The notes beneath the pieces were generated by a model. It searched no databases. It saw only the letters and a program-made list of their open reading frames with translations, and was not told the origin of the DNA. Below, in pieces: positions 42,345-56,698 of a DNA stretch of 64,000 nucleotides. Each line of letters starts with the position of its first letter. Position 1 is the first letter of the stretch. A program made the position numbers and the translations under genes. The stretch is from Octopus sinensis (lineage: Eukaryota): NCBI RefSeq assembly GCF_006345805.1, contig NC_043007.1:63922001-63986000 (forward strand), written 5' to 3'.

Positions 42345-45300
42345 AGAGAGAGAGGGTGGGAGGGGGATATATATATATGTACGTGTGTGTATCTTTGTAT
42401 TTGTCCCCCACCACTGCTTGACAGCCAGTGTCCACTTCTTTACATCCCCATAACTTAGTGGTTTGGCAAAATTGACCAATAAGATAAGTGCCAGGCTTTA
42501 GAAAGATTAATCCTGTGATCAATTCATTTGATGAAAACCCGTCAAGGTAATACCCCAGCATGAGTGCAGTCTAATGACTGCACCAAGGATAAGATAAAAG
42601 ATTATTTATCTATTGTCTAATGCGTGGTTGATCTTCACAATCCCTAAATCTTTATATCTTAAGAAGAATATTGCTTTCCATCATCTTACAATTTATCATT
42701 TGTGCAAGAATTAATGTGAAGGTTTGTAAATAGACAAATTATCTTCTTTTAGAGATTTGATGATTCTTTATTTTCGTAGAATTAGGATGGGTTTTATTTA
42801 TTCAGGAAGCCATTTTTGTTTTCAAATTTTTTGTTAGACTCTTAGATGTTTTTACAAATGTTTCATTCAGCTTATTTTTATCAGTTCTAGAAACCTTTTA
42901 GTTATTGGTTCTTTGATGTATTGGGTTACTTTTATTTAAATGATTTTATCTATTTTATTTTATATGTCATACATTTTGTTAACAATAGTATCATTGGTTA
43001 CAATTTCCCCATGAACCTTCATTTCAGATTTTAGAGTAATAAGGGTGTGTGTCTAATTTAGATAGAAGGGATACCACAAAGTGTTTTTGTTTGACACATT
43101 GGTTTATTATCTTACTGATATGTATATCTTTTGTTGATATTCAACACACACACACACACACACACATGTTTTTATACAATTGGCTTCAGTAAAATTCCTA
43201 GCTATTCAATTTTGCTTACAAGTTTTTGGTCAACAAAAGGCTCTGGTAAAACATGCTTGTCCAAGGTGCTGTGCAGTGAGATCAAACTGGAATTAATGGT
43301 TACAAATTAAGTTTTTTAACTATACAGTTATTCACATGCCTATACTTTCTGATTTGTTAGGTTTCTATTTTTATACCATCTTCCTATTTATACCTTGTAT
43401 ATGTGGTTAGGATGTTTATACCTTGTATGTGATTTGGGTGACTCATGATCATAAGGTCATGGGTTCAATTCCTGGACAGGAAAGCACACTGTGTCCTTGG
43501 GCAAAGCACTTCTTTCCATGTTGCTCTAGTCTACTAATGAGAACTAGCCAGTTGTTGCTGCTACCCTTACTCCTTCCAACTATTACAACTTGGATATTCT
43601 ACCAAATTAAGAGTGAACAAACTGGGAGTATAAATGTCTGCTTATGACAACATAAGTTCCTAAAATAATTGGCAAAAAACATGGTACCTGCTACCAAACC
43701 ATAATCTCTTAATTAATAAGCCAAAGAATGGGAGGTAGTACTCACAGTATTTGTGGGGATCAGCTGCCTTCCTTTTCGCTTCTTTGAGTCTACTATTGTC
43801 ATCCCTTCTCTCATCAAATATACCCAACCATTACAAAATTAAATACTTCTGTTCCTGTTCAGTTTGTTTTATAAACTGTTTGTGTGTCTTCTCTAATAAT
43901 TCAGAAACTAGAAATTCTTAATATTTAACGAATGATTATGGAGCAAAATAGCAAAATAACACAAAAAAGGGATTTTTTTGTATTTGTTTTTCCAAGTTTT
44001 ACTTTTTCAGTTAATTATTTGGATATACAATACATAAATTGTGGTTGTGCATAAAATGAAAGTAGTCATACAAAGAAATTAAATGCAATGACAGAAATAT
44101 GGGTTATATGTAAAACGGAAAAAAAAATTCAAAGGGATACTATTAAAATACTTTTACGCTCATAGATACATAACAACACAATTTCTTTCATATATTATGG
44201 GCTATAATAGTTAGCAGTATATATTTACATTCACATGTTGGGAAAATTTATTTTTATTTATCATTCATTAACTTTTGGTTAGAATTGTTGAAACATGAAA
44301 TAAACTATCTATGATGATTGTTAGCTGTCAGAACATTACATTCTTCAAAAGTTCCATGCTTCCCAAAATTTTCCAACACTACTCCTGACATGCCTATTCA
44401 CCCTTTCCTCTGTAGCATTTTCCCTGTTCATTTTTCTCTCTTTTTATATTTTAAATTGTGTACTGTGCACGCACTTATTGCTGTCTTTATTTGACTTAAT
44501 GCTGCTTCCTGTCCCCTCTTTTACCCTTTTCCAACAAGCTGTAGTGTTGTGTACAATAAGCTCATTGTCATTATTATTTAACTATTTCTTCCAAATAAAG
44601 AATAGAATAAATAAGAAATGGATGAACATCAGAACAGCTTTCCTTATTGTTGTTGTTTCGGATTTGTTGCTCATTATGGGCCTTGCTGCTCTCTATAATT
44701 TTGTATACTTCTCCAAAATTCTTCTGCTTCTCTTGTTGGTGGTCAGTTGACTTTCGGTTTATTCTTATTCTTTTACTTGTTCTAAAGGATTTAGTCAAGC
44801 AAATTGATCTCTGTAACAATTTTTAAATCTAGTACTTATTCTGTTGGACTCTTTTTGCTGAACTGGTAAGTTATGGGGGCATAAACAGACTAACACTGGT
44901 TGTCAAGCAACAGGGAGACAAACAAAACACAAAAATGCACACTCGTTACAGGATTCCACAGTTTCTGCTTTGTAAGGTATTGGTCAGCCCGGGGCTAATT
45001 TAGAAGACACCTACGAAGCAGTACAGTGGGACTGAACTTGAAACTATATGGCTGGGAAGCAAACTTCTTAATCATACAGTCATGCCTGTAATTCTCCATA
45101 AAACCTCTTTCTTCTGTTCGTATAAGTATTACTGCTTTTTCCTATTTGGATTCTTTGTAATTTTTATAGAGGTTCTATATTTCAGGCACTCTTCTACTTC
45201 ATAAATTTTTCCCTTCATTATATTTCCATATATTTCTTACATTTTTTTAACTCACTTGTAGGTTTTATGTCAAAATTTTATAATAATTGGTATATCTTTT

Positions 45301-46176
45301 CTTTTTCTTTTTTTCTAATTAAAATGTCTTTCTTTGATATTAATGTGGGTTTAGATGCTTCATCATGATGGCCTTTGAGACAGTATCCATTTCCCTTTGT
45401 GATTACTATGCCTGTTGTATAAATTATTTGGTTAATATCTATTATCTGTTTCCTAGGTATTTTTGAGAACTCCAACTAGTTTTGAAGGTAGATCTATACA
45501 ATCATTTTATTACTATCTTACTATCAGATATTTCTCATAATCTATTGTGTTCATATTTTATTAGTACCATTGTAGTTTACATTTTGTTGGTTAGCAACCT
45601 ATAAGCATACAAGTTTTACTTTTAGTTTTTTTTTTAGAGTAAGGATATTGCCTTTCATTACTTATGGTTTTATAATGTTAGAAATATATTTGTTAACTTT
45701 AGAAATCTGTATTTGTAGTTTGATTTTTTTGAATATTTTGTTATTTGACATTTATCATATCCTTTGTTTATATCTTTCACTGTTTATTATTTATATTTTA
45801 TCAGCTAATTTTTTCCCCATGAGTATGTATCTCCTTTATATTAGATAGTCTGTTGACATCTAAATTTATTTTTTTATGAAGATTTTTTTTCTCCAGAGAA
45901 TAAGTCGATCATTATTGGTGTTATTATTTTAGGAATAGAATATGTGTGTAAGTATGTGTTAAGTGTGCGTATAAAATAAAAATGTATTTCTCTGAAGTTT
46001 ATTTATGCATTTTCTATTTTATTATGGATTTTGACTAATAATGTCTAAGCCTTTGCTTAGTTTGTAGTCATTTTTACAAGGTTCTCACTTGAAATTGTAT
46101 TTGAATATTTGCAGAAAGTATTTATAAAAACATGATTTTCCTACTTTGGTACAATATTACAAGCATAATTGATTAA

Positions 46177-46396
46177 CCCTTTAGAATTCAGATTAGTCTT
46201 TCAAATGTAGTGCTTATTTATTCACATTGTTTTGAATTAATCATGCATTATCTCATACTTTCAAGATTTCAATGACGTGATTGAAAATTTTTTTAATGAT
46301 ATTGTAGGGGAGGTATGAAAGGTCAAATCTGGTCAGTTTGAACATAAAACAGGCAGAATATTTTGGCCAGATATGGTCAGTTTAAATGCTAAAGGG
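46177..46396. mobile_element. piggyBac-like MITE (copy 2)
   Basis: TTAA-ccctttag..ctaaaggg-TTAA. Confidence 0.85.
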
Positions 46397-47462
46397 TTAA
46401 ATCAAACTTTCTAAATTCCTGGTACATATTTGTCAAACCTGAATGAATAAAAGAATAAAGTCAGTCATGGCAGTATTTGAACTCAAAATGGTAGACATCT
46501 AGTCTAGTGTTCAACTGCTTTTGACATATCACTAATTAATTATTACTAATAATAATAGTTTCTAATAAGGCAGCACATTTGTGGGTAAAGTGTGTAATTC
46601 TTGTTAATTAACGATGGTACTTGACTAAGAGATGATCACAGTGAGATCTGAGCACCTAATGTAAAGGAATGTAATTAAATCCACAAGTAAGGATAATGTT
46701 AATTTCTAACATCATCACAAGTTCATTCAATATGTAGGACAGTACAGTTGATTAGATTGAGACCAATATCTAACTTGCTCTAAGGTGGCAAGCTGGCAGA
46801 ATTGTTACATGCCAGGCAAAATGCTCAACAGCTTTTTGTCTGTCTTTACATTCTGTGTTCAAATTCCACCAAGGTCAGCTTTCCCTTTTATCCTTTTGGA
46901 GTCAATAACGTAAGCACCAGTTGGGCACTGGGAATGATGTAATTGACTAGCCTCCACCCAGAAATTGCTAGCCTTGTGCCAAAATTTGAAATCAATATTT
47001 GACTTGCTCTATTTGTATGGCCTCTAAAAGGATAAAAGCAAAGTCAATCTTGGTGAGATCTGAACTGGAAACACAAAGAGGCAGAATACTGTAAGGTATT
47101 TTATTCAGTGTTCTGCTGATTCTTCCATTCTTTGTCCTCAATAATGATTAATAGTTTCTAAGATAGACACAAGATCACAAATTTAGAAGGAAGGGTTAAA
47201 CCAATTAAATTTACCTTTTTTTTTTGAATGGTACTTTATTGGAAAAGTGAAAGGTAAAAATTAACTTTGGTGGGATTTAAACTCAAAAAGTAAAAAGCCA
47301 GAAGCAATACCACCTGGTATTTTTTCCAAAACTCTGTCAATTCTGCCATTCATAATGATTTCTTACAATATTAATAACAGCAACATTTTTCACAAAGTCA
47401 TGATATTGATATATTTTATAATTGTGTTTTCTCTTCTCTTTTTATTTTTTTCATTTATTCAG

Positions 47463-47600
47463 CAAAATTGAAATCTTTCCCTGAGATATTAAGTTTATCC
47501 AATCCTGATTTAAAAAGAGCAACAAATCTATCATCCCGAGATGTGCAAATTCTAAAAGGAGCTGTTGCTGAATCTATTCCTATGTTACCTATTGTCACAG
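47463..47600 (+). CDS. XRCC3: Internal coding exon of DNA repair protein XRCC3 (RAD51 paralogue), N-terminal region
   Basis: Polypyrimidine tract + AG (47461-62), GT donor at 47601; 138 bp, phase 1/1; translates (A)KLKSFPEILSLSNPDLKRATNLSSRDVQILKGAVAESIPMLPIVT, matching recalled vertebrate XRCC3 [28 protein letters not shown]..SSILT. Confidence 0.85.
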
Positions 47601-50280
47601 GTGAATATACAACTTTTTATTGTTATGTATTGTAACTTACACATTTTGATGATAAAAAATTCAGAACTCATTATTTTATGACACAAATCCCTGTTTAGTT
47701 AACTTCTGATATAAACAGACTGGTCATAAAAAGACAAGGGATTCAGGTGTGCAGTGATTAATAAGGAAAAAAGAAAGCTTAAATAGTTATTTATTCTTGA
47801 CGTTAGAGTTGTAGATATATAGATAAGCTCAATTGTTCAGTATTTCAAAATCAGAAGTGTCTGTGAGCATCTGTGACCACTTTTTGATGGATTGACTTCA
47901 GAGAACAGGGAATGAGGATTTCTAGCATTCATGCACAGGTATGGCTGTGTAAATGAGGAGTTCAGTTACCAACTATATAGTTTTAAATTCAGTGCCACTA
48001 CATGACACCTTGGGTAAGTGTCTTCTGCTATAGGGTGGTGATGATTATAAGGTGCAGTGTGGCAGAAGGTTGAATGTGTACAAAGTTTATTGTATGGACT
48101 GTCTTAGCACAGCCTCTGCTTTTAGTGTGACTCAGGGTTTTTCAAAGGATGTGAAGCAGGAGAATTTGTAGAGTGCAAAAACTGAATTCCATATGGTCTT
48201 TAGTTTTGCACTTTTATATAACCTGAGTTCAAATGCTATCAGTGTCATCTTTACTTTTTCTCACCTTGATAGGAGAAAGGGGTCAATTAAGAAAGTATCA
48301 GGTGTAAACTAAATAGTTCCAAATGACAATGTTTTTCGTCTCTAAATTTATTGTCTTTTATCAATGTATGGAATTATTAGGGGAAAATATGTAGCTCAAA
48401 GTTTAATCCTTGCAAAGAAATTTATGTTATGGTTTATTTGTTTGAGACTAATGGGGTGAGTGACAATTTTTAAAGTGCAGTCTTAATTTGTTTGATAAAT
48501 TAAAATCTAGAAGTGTAAATATATACTTGATTAGATAAATAATAATTCAATCAATGTTAAGAAAAGCACTAAAGACTATAACAAAAAAACTGAATTGCTA
48601 TTTAAATAATTTTTTGTTCTATCCATCTATTGTCAGAGACAATCAAGTTAATTAGTTAACTCTTCAGAATCAAATCCATTGATATCTAGTTATTACCTGA
48701 AAAATTCAACTCCTCTTCTGGTTACACAGCTAGGAAGAGGATTGAACTGAGCATTGTTAGCTAAGGAAATACTTGACTAATTTACAATACTACCACTTCT
48801 TGTAACACTGCGTTGTTCTCATTTAATGATACCTGTTTTATAGTTAAGTAGAAAGGGCTAAATGAGAATTAACTGACATAGCCTTGGACACACTGCAGTA
48901 GCAATGACCGGATACAAGCCACCAACCTCACAGTCAATCTCTTGGGTGCTTGTTCAATGTCCAGGTACCTATTGTTGCTCTCTTTAGGTATCAATGAAAT
49001 AATTTGACAGAAAAAGAAACAAAATATTTTAAAAATATGGAATAATTCTAGAGCCAGAGTTTTTAAACAATTTGTCTTAATGTTAGCAATGTCAAAGCCT
49101 TTTAATTTGTCTCAAAAACTTCTATCACTGAGTTTCTACATCTTTGACAGTAGTAGGTTAGTGGAAAATTTTTAAATGAACAGTGTATAGTCAGAGAATT
49201 GGGGAAGCCATCCAAGCAGGAAGAGAGTTGTGTTTTTGTTGATAATGCTTGTAATGGTTTTTGATGTAGTGGATTTAGTGATGGTATTGATTTTATTGGT
49301 GTTTTACAAGTATGAAGTTATAGGGGGTAGGGAATGTTATTGTGTTGGTGCAGGATGGTTGTGATGAAGAATGTAGTGAAAGTAATGTGTTCATTATGAG
49401 ATTACAAGTGGTTGCTGCTGATGTTATTTAGCCCTGGGTTAGGCATGGTAATGCAGATCTATGATCAAAAGTGCTCCAGCTACAACCATTTTCTCTTTTT
49501 TTTTATGAAATGCATGAGACTACATTATTCAATGGTGGCTGCTGCTATTACTACTGCTTCAGCAGTAGTTGTTGTTCCTCTTGTTGTTGTAATGTTTCCC
49601 TTCATATGTGGAATGGGAAGGAACATTGTTTCCAGTTTTTGTTTTTTGTTGTTATTATCATTCTAGCTGGGAATGGTGTGATGGTAGCAATATGTTCATT
49701 CACCTTTTGGGCATATTTCCACATCCCATCATTCAACATACATAAAAGATATGGCCTCTTTACGCAGAGAACAAACTATATTACTTCATGGTAACTTTTA
49801 GCTTTCACCCTACTACACATGTGCACACACGCACACACATGCACAAAGCATACATACACACTCACATCCATATTTTACATGCACTCACATAGACATATAT
49901 GCACACACACATACACACACACACATGTGCACGCACAAAAACACTCCACTTCTCTATCTCCTATTCTCTTCCTATCCAGTTTAGAAATTTAACCTCTCTT
50001 TTCCCAGTCTCACATAAGCACTTGTCTTATCAAATAAACCTGTTGAGCATTCATTTCCTTCTAGTAGTCTGGTTTAATAATAATAATAATAGTAATAGTA
50101 ATAATAATGTGGATGATGATGATAACTTCTTACATTGGCACAAGGCCAAAAATCTTGTGGGGAGGAAATAGTCAATTATATTAACCCCAGTGCTTCACTG
50201 GTACTTTAGTTTCCCTGGAAGAATGAAAGGCTAAGTTGATGATAATAATAATAATGATGATGATGATAATGATAATAATG

Positions 50281-50313
<33 letters not shown>

Positions 50314-50477
50314 GTAGTAGTAGTAGTAGTAGTAATTCTTTCTACTAAAGGCAGAAGGCCTGAAATTGCAAGGGAAGGGATTAGTCAATTACATTGATCC
50401 TCGGTGTTTCACTGGTACTTAATTTATTGACTCCGAAAGGATGAAAGACAAAGTTGACCTCGGCAGAAAATAATAAT

Positions 50478-50520
<43 letters not shown>

Positions 50521-50529
50521 GCAACAACA

Positions 50530-50975
50530 ACAAAATAGAAGCTATACCAAGACTTACAACTCAACATACTGTCAAAAAAATAACTCTACTAGGAACAGCC
50601 CACATCTTGCACAAGACATTAGCATTTCAAGAGCACAGCCCAAATAGAACAATCTTTACACATAATACACACACCCTATACAATAAGCACCTCATAAAAT
50701 AAAACATCACTGCTCTTACAACATGTAATCTATAAGATTTACCCAATAAAATAACACAACTGATGTTACACTTACCACACAACACCACGTAACATTACAC
50801 TCACCACTAATATAGCACAAGAAATAACAAGCAAATCCCACTGCAAAACAAATTGAATAGGAGGAGTTTATACACATCTGAACACTGTGAAAATAAGAAC
50901 TCACAATAATACACCCTAAGAAGCATGGAGATCCAGCAGGTGACGCAGCAGAAGCTCATATAAAACTCTCAAAGA
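50530..50975 (+). mobile_element. R4/Dong-type non-LTR retrotransposon 3' fragment
   Basis: IEAIPRL..VKKITLLGTAHILHKTL matches the R4-clade C-terminal motif QKxxLLGTAHILRKxL; preceded by (AAT)n. Confidence 0.65.
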
Positions 50976-52114
50976 AATAATTTCAAATTTTGACACAAGG
51001 CCAGCAAGTTCAGAGTAAGGGGTAAGTCAGTTACATCAAACCCCAGTGCTCAACTGGTACTTATTTTATCAACTCTGAAAGGACGAAAGACAAAGTTGAC
51101 CTTGGCGGAATTTGAACTCAAAACGTAAGGTTTGGCGAAATGCTGCTAAGCATTTTGCCTAGTGTGCTAATGATTCTGCCAGCTCGCCACCTTGAAGCTA
51201 TCAAAGAAATAATACTTCCTACTATGGACACAAAGTCTGAAATTTGGTGGGAAGGATAGTTGATTACATCAACCCCAGTATTCAACTCGTACTTATTTTA
51301 TCAACTCCAAAAGGAGGAAAGGCAAAGTCAACCTTGGCAGAATTTGAACTGAAAATGTAAAGACAGACAAAATGCCTCTAAACATTTTGTCCAGTATGCA
51401 AACAATTCTGCTAGCTCATTGCCTTAACTATCCAAAAAATAATAACAACAGTTGGTTCTTGGCAACAAATAGGGAACATTATAAAATGGGTTGCTAAAAC
51501 AGTTGGGTTTTACATCAAGTGAGTATATAGGTGCAGGCATGACTGTGTGGTTAAGAAATTTACTTCTCAAACACATGGTTTCAGATTCAGTCTCACTGTG
51601 CAGCATTTTGGGCGTCTTCTGTAGCTCTGGGCTGACCAGTGTCTTGTCAGTGAATTTGGTAGACAAAGACTGTGTAGAAGCCCATCTTACGTGTGTATGT
51701 GTGTGCATATGTGCATACATGCATGCGTATGTTGATATATGTGTGTCTATGCAAATGTCTATATTTCATACATAAAAATGCTGAGCTACAAACAATGACA
51801 GATGTCATTCCCTGTCAACAGATTATGTACTAACTCTGTATTTTTGAGGACATGTGGAAAAAAAGAAATATCCCTTATTTGAAAACATAAGGGTAGTAAC
51901 AGGAATGATATCTGGCAGGAAAATAATCCTTTCAAGGTCAAAAAAGTAAGTACCAGTTGATCACTGAGGTCGATGTAATCAACTTACCCCATCCTGCAAG
52001 CTGTGTCAAAATTTGAAATCAATAATATATGCATTATCATCATCATTTAACACCTGCTTTCCACGCTGGCATGGGTTAGATGGTTTGACTGGTAAGCCAG
52101 AGGGCTGCATCAGA

Positions 52115-52266
52115 TTCCCCAGATCTCAATCCATTGGACTATTATATGTGGGGGCGTTGTTGAGAGAGATTTCAATGAACACACCCATAACACCAAAGCT
52201 TCTTTGGAAGCTGCCATTGAGTAATTTCCAAAACAGATCTGTCCTCAAATATCTTACACACCCTGT
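52115..52266 (+). mobile_element. Tc1/maT-type transposon 3' fragment
   Basis: SPDLNPLDYYMWG motif; ends with caccctg-TA. Confidence 0.7.
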
Positions 52267-52279
52267 ATACATATATATT

Positions 52280-52550
52280 CATACATATATATATATATAG
52301 GTACCCGAAAGTGACTAGAAACGTTCTCTGTGCGACAAACCCATTGTCATGCAGACTTCTGCTGCTAAAAGCCACTTGATGCAATCTTCAAGCATCAGTA
52401 ATGCCGACCAGCATTGTCAAGTGAAGTCGTACTACCATGTGGTGCATCTTTGTTTTGCAGTGCTTCTCCTTTGTTCGTTTGTTTTTTGCAAATGAAGGAA
52501 CAGCATGCTTCCTCGAAATTCTGTTTTCTGCTGGGGGAAATGGCAACCAA
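52280..52550 (+). mobile_element. Mariner 5' portion cut by the assembly gap
   Basis: MKEQHASSKFCFLLGEMAT resembles mariner N-terminal xEQRxxIKFCFxLGKxAT. Confidence 0.65.
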
Positions 52551-52650
52551 NNNNNNNNNNNNNNNNNNNNNNNNNNNNNNNNNNNNNNNNNNNNNNNNNN
52601 NNNNNNNNNNNNNNNNNNNNNNNNNNNNNNNNNNNNNNNNNNNNNNNNNN
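52551..52650. other. Assembly gap (100 N)
   Basis: N run; two different, oppositely oriented mariners flank it, so the true size is unknown. Confidence 1.
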
Positions 52651-53730
52651 CTGGGAAACGCTTTCCTTTCAAAAACAACTTCATGGCTGGGAAGAGATGA
52701 AAATCAGAGGGTGCAAGGTCAGGAGAGTAGGGGGATGGGGGAGGAGTTCATAGCTGCGCGCCTGTGCTTCTGATCCGGCAACACGCGAGTTGTGGACCAG
52801 AGCGTTGTCCTGCAGGAGAAGGATGCCTTTGCTGATCTTGCCCCGCCTCTTGATTTTGATAGCTTCTCTTAATTTCCTCAAAAGTGAAGCATAATAGGCT
52901 CCTGTAATTGTGGTACTATTTGCCAGGAAATCTGTCATCACTATTCCGTCCTGGTCCCAGAAGACTATGAGCATGACCTTGCCAGCAGAGGGCTGCACCC
53001 TTGCCTTCTTTGGAGGGGGTGAGTGTCACGGTGCTTCCACTGCATTGACTGGGCTTTGGTCTCTGGATCATAGTGATGGACCCAGGTTTCATCCTGTGTA
53101 ATCAGTCTTTTGAAAAATTTTGACCTACTTCTTGGCACATCTCCAAATTCATCCTTGAGCACTCGACGCGTTCTTGCTTCTGGAAAGGTGTGAGCAACCT
53201 GGGAATCCATCTGGCAGACACCTTTTGCATATGCAAATGGTCATGAATGATAGTTTCCACAGACCCGGTACTAATCTTGACCTCATGGGCTATTTGGCGA
53301 ATAGTTATGCGTCGATCTTCCAAAATGGCAGCCTCAACTTGGCGGACAGATGCCTCATGAATGGCAGAAGTGGGGCGACCAGATCTGGGAGCTGTTTCTA
53401 CAGAGCTCCGACCATGTTTGAATTCACGATGCCAGCGGTTCACAAGGTCATATGATGGGGCATCATCACCAGAAGTTACTTTCATTTCATCAAAAGTCTC
53501 CCGTGGTGTGCGTCCTTTCAAATACAAAAACCGGATCACTGCTCGACACTCAACAGGCTCCATTTCACACTTGACTCAGTTCAAACACCTATAAATCAGA
53601 AACCATAATTAGTTCAGAGCTGTAATTTGCCACTTAATCTATAGAGATATAAATAATTACACATGCAAAATTTCAGCTAGATCAAACAACTGCAAGTGGG
53701 TCAGAGGCATTACTTATTGAACATCCCTCA
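52651..53730 (-). mobile_element. Young mariner (irritans-like) with frameshifted transposase, inserted into a family A SINE
   Basis: MEPVECRAVIRFL..VSARWIPRLLT / ITQDETWVHHYDPETK / SAGKVMLIVFWD..LLQDNA; TIR ends catccctca-TA followed by the SINE B-box region. Confidence 0.95.
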
Positions 53731-53842
53731 TAGGTTCAGTCTCACTGTGTAGCATCTTGGGCAAGTATCTTCTACTATAGCCTCAGGCCAACCAAAGCCT
53801 TGTGAGTGGATTTAGTGCACAGAAACTGAAAGAAGTCCCACG

Positions 53843-53912
<70 letters not shown>

Positions 53913-54966
53913 TCTCTCTCTCTGTATCTACATTTGTCCCCCATCACTGCTTGACAATTGGTGGTCGTGTGTTTACATCCCCATAACTAAGTGGTTCAGC
54001 ATAAGAGATTGATAGAGTAAGTGCTAGGCTTCAAAAAATAAGTCCTAGAGTCGATTCGTGTGACTAAAAACCCTTCAAGGTGGTACCCCAGTATGACAGT
54101 AGTCAAATGACTGAAAAAAATAAAAGTTAAAAGATAATGAGGAGGCTGATATACATGTATGTGTATAGGAGACAACAAGGTAATAATATTTCCTTCTACT
54201 TAATAATAATATTTCTTCTTTTTCTTCTTCTTCAGCCTTTAATTTAACAAAGCAAAGTAATGTCCCTCCTGCTTTGAAAGTGGACAAACTTTCAACAAGC
54301 TGTGAAATTCTTGACAAAGCTTTGAGAGGTATGGATCAGTTTTGATTGTGTATCTATGTATTGTGTGTTTGTAAACTGATATCTCAGTTTTCACTTCTTC
54401 TAACCAATAACTGAATTGAGTTTCATATCTGGGAAATAATGTTTTATTTGTAATACATATTTGCATCTTGATTATTTTCTAGAGTGTTAAACAGATAAGA
54501 GGTAGATCTCTTTTATGATATGAAGTTGATTTCATACGAGTAACTTTTCTTCATCAAGTATCTATTCCTATACAGTGAATTCTTACTGCGGTATTTGGTA
54601 AAAAATTATATTTGAAATGGTATGGCTTTATGGTTAAGAAGCATGCTTCACAGTTACCTGGCTTAAGGTTCAATCCCACTGCATGGCTCCTTCAGTGTCT
54701 TCTACAATAGCCTTGGGGCAATCAATGCCCACTGAGTAAATTTGGTAGATGGAAACTTTTAGGGTTAGGGTTAGTAACTCATTTTATATATATATATTTT
54801 ACTCTTTGCTACACCCACACAACGATTTTACCATCATGAAGCCAGAATTTTCTACACCTCAAGAACTTCATTATTAGTCTGCAATCTAACAGTGTTGATA
54901 GCCCAGAACTCAGGTTGAGTGCTTCTCTGGAAATACCCTACTGGGACCTTAGATTATATATATATG

Positions 54967-55045
<79 letters not shown>

Positions 55046-55069
55046 TATTTATGTATGTATAAGGTATTT

Positions 55070-55891
55070 GTGACTGAAGATGAGCAAACTAGCTTGAAAC
55101 TGAGTCAGTCTCGTGATCCTGTTGTCTGCTGGAGGATGGTAGAGGTTTGCTCCCCTGCTGGTAATGTATATGTACAGTGTGCAGTGCTGCACTAATAACC
55201 AGCTGACAGATGATCTGCCTGGGGTTAAACTAGTTGTAACATAGAACAGCCATTTTGATGTGGCAATTAACTTTACAGCAGCAAGCTGGCAGAAACGTTA
55301 GCACACCGGGCGAAATGCTTAGCAGTATTTCATCTGCCATTATGTTCTGAGTTCAAATTCCACCGAGGTTGACTTTGCTTTTCATCCTTTCGGGGTTGAT
55401 TAACTGCACTGGGGTCAATGTAATCGACTTAATCCCTTTGTCTTTCCTTGTTTGTCCCCTCTATGTTTAGCCCCCTGTGGGCAATAAAGACATAAAATTA
55501 ACTTTACTTGTTAGTATAGATACTACTCTCATCTCTTCTTGAAATTTTACAACTAGCTACTTTGCTTGTTGCAAATCAGTGACTGATGGTCACTTTGTTT
55601 ACAATATATTGCTGGCTGGTGCGGATTTTGGCCACCTCTCTGGCAATCAAGTGTTCACTATTGAAGATGAGCAAACTAGCTTGAAACTAAGTCAGTCACA
55701 TGATCCTATTGTTTGATGGAGGATGGTAAAGGTTCACTCCTCTGGTGACAATATATATGTACAGGGTTCAATGCTGCACCAATAACCAACTGGGGCTAAA
55801 CTAGTAGTAACAATGTGGCGATTAACTTTACTTGTTAGTATAGTTACTACTTTCATCTTTTCTTGAGATTTTACAACTAGCTACATTGCTT
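55070..55891 (+). repeat. ~356-bp tandem unit (about 1.65 copies) with a hammerhead core; retrozyme-like
   Basis: 55070-55276 plus 55508-55568 aligns to 55657-55891; each copy has (c/t)TGAAGA-t gagc aaacta gctt-GAAAC-t(g/a)a-GTC-agtc. Confidence 0.7.
55277..55495 (+). mobile_element. Family B SINE with 12-bp TSD
   Basis: TSD aattaactttac at 55265-55276 and 55496-55507. Confidence 0.9.
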
Positions 55892-55939
55892 ATATATGTA
55901 GCATAGACAATGGATATTAAATGATGATGATGATGATGT

Positions 55940-56538
55940 ATGAGTATACTCTGCTAGATGTGTAATGTAAGTGTACATGTTCGCCAGAGTGCTAGTGTTT
56001 CAAGAGGAATTAGTTGCTGTATGCTAGAGAGAAGACTGCGCTGGTTTGGTCATGTGATGCAAATGGATGCTGGCAGCTCCATAAAGAAGCACTGATCTCT
56101 CAAAGTAGATGGAACACATGGAAGTGAGAGACCCAGGAAGACATGGAATAAACTTCAGGATGCTGGATCTGTCAGGTGAGATGACAAAGGACTGAGATGT
56201 CTGGCACCTTGCTATACTCAAGAAGACCCGTACTCTACAGCAGAAGTGTTAAGACCAGTCCCCCTGGTGGTGAAAAGCACTCATAGCGGTGTCACATAAA
56301 AGTGTCCATGCAGTTTCACATTAAAACGCCCATGCAACACCATGTAAAAGTGCCCATGCAGTGCCATGAAAAATCGCCCATGTGGTGCCACATAAAAGCA
56401 CACTCTGTAAAGTGGTTGGCATTAGGGAGGGCATTCAACCATAAAAATCATGCCAGACTGGAATCTGGTGCAGCTAGCCATCTATGGTCAAACTGTCTAT
56501 GCCAGAATGGACAATGGATGTTAAATGATGATGATGAT
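55940..56538 (+). mobile_element. Older RTE LINE 3' end
   Basis: ERRLRWFGHVMQMD..RPRKTW, then ttggcattagggagggcat and a (GAT)n tail. Confidence 0.8.
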
Positions 56539-56698
56539 ATTTATATTTTTATATATATATATATTATGATGTGAGAGCGTTAAACAGTGAAAAATATGAA
56601 TATGCTAAAAGCATGTTTGAACTTGTAAACAAGCCTTTCACTGTGTTTTGTCATGAAGAAAATTTCTTGCTGTAGACATATGATGTAAATATACCCAA

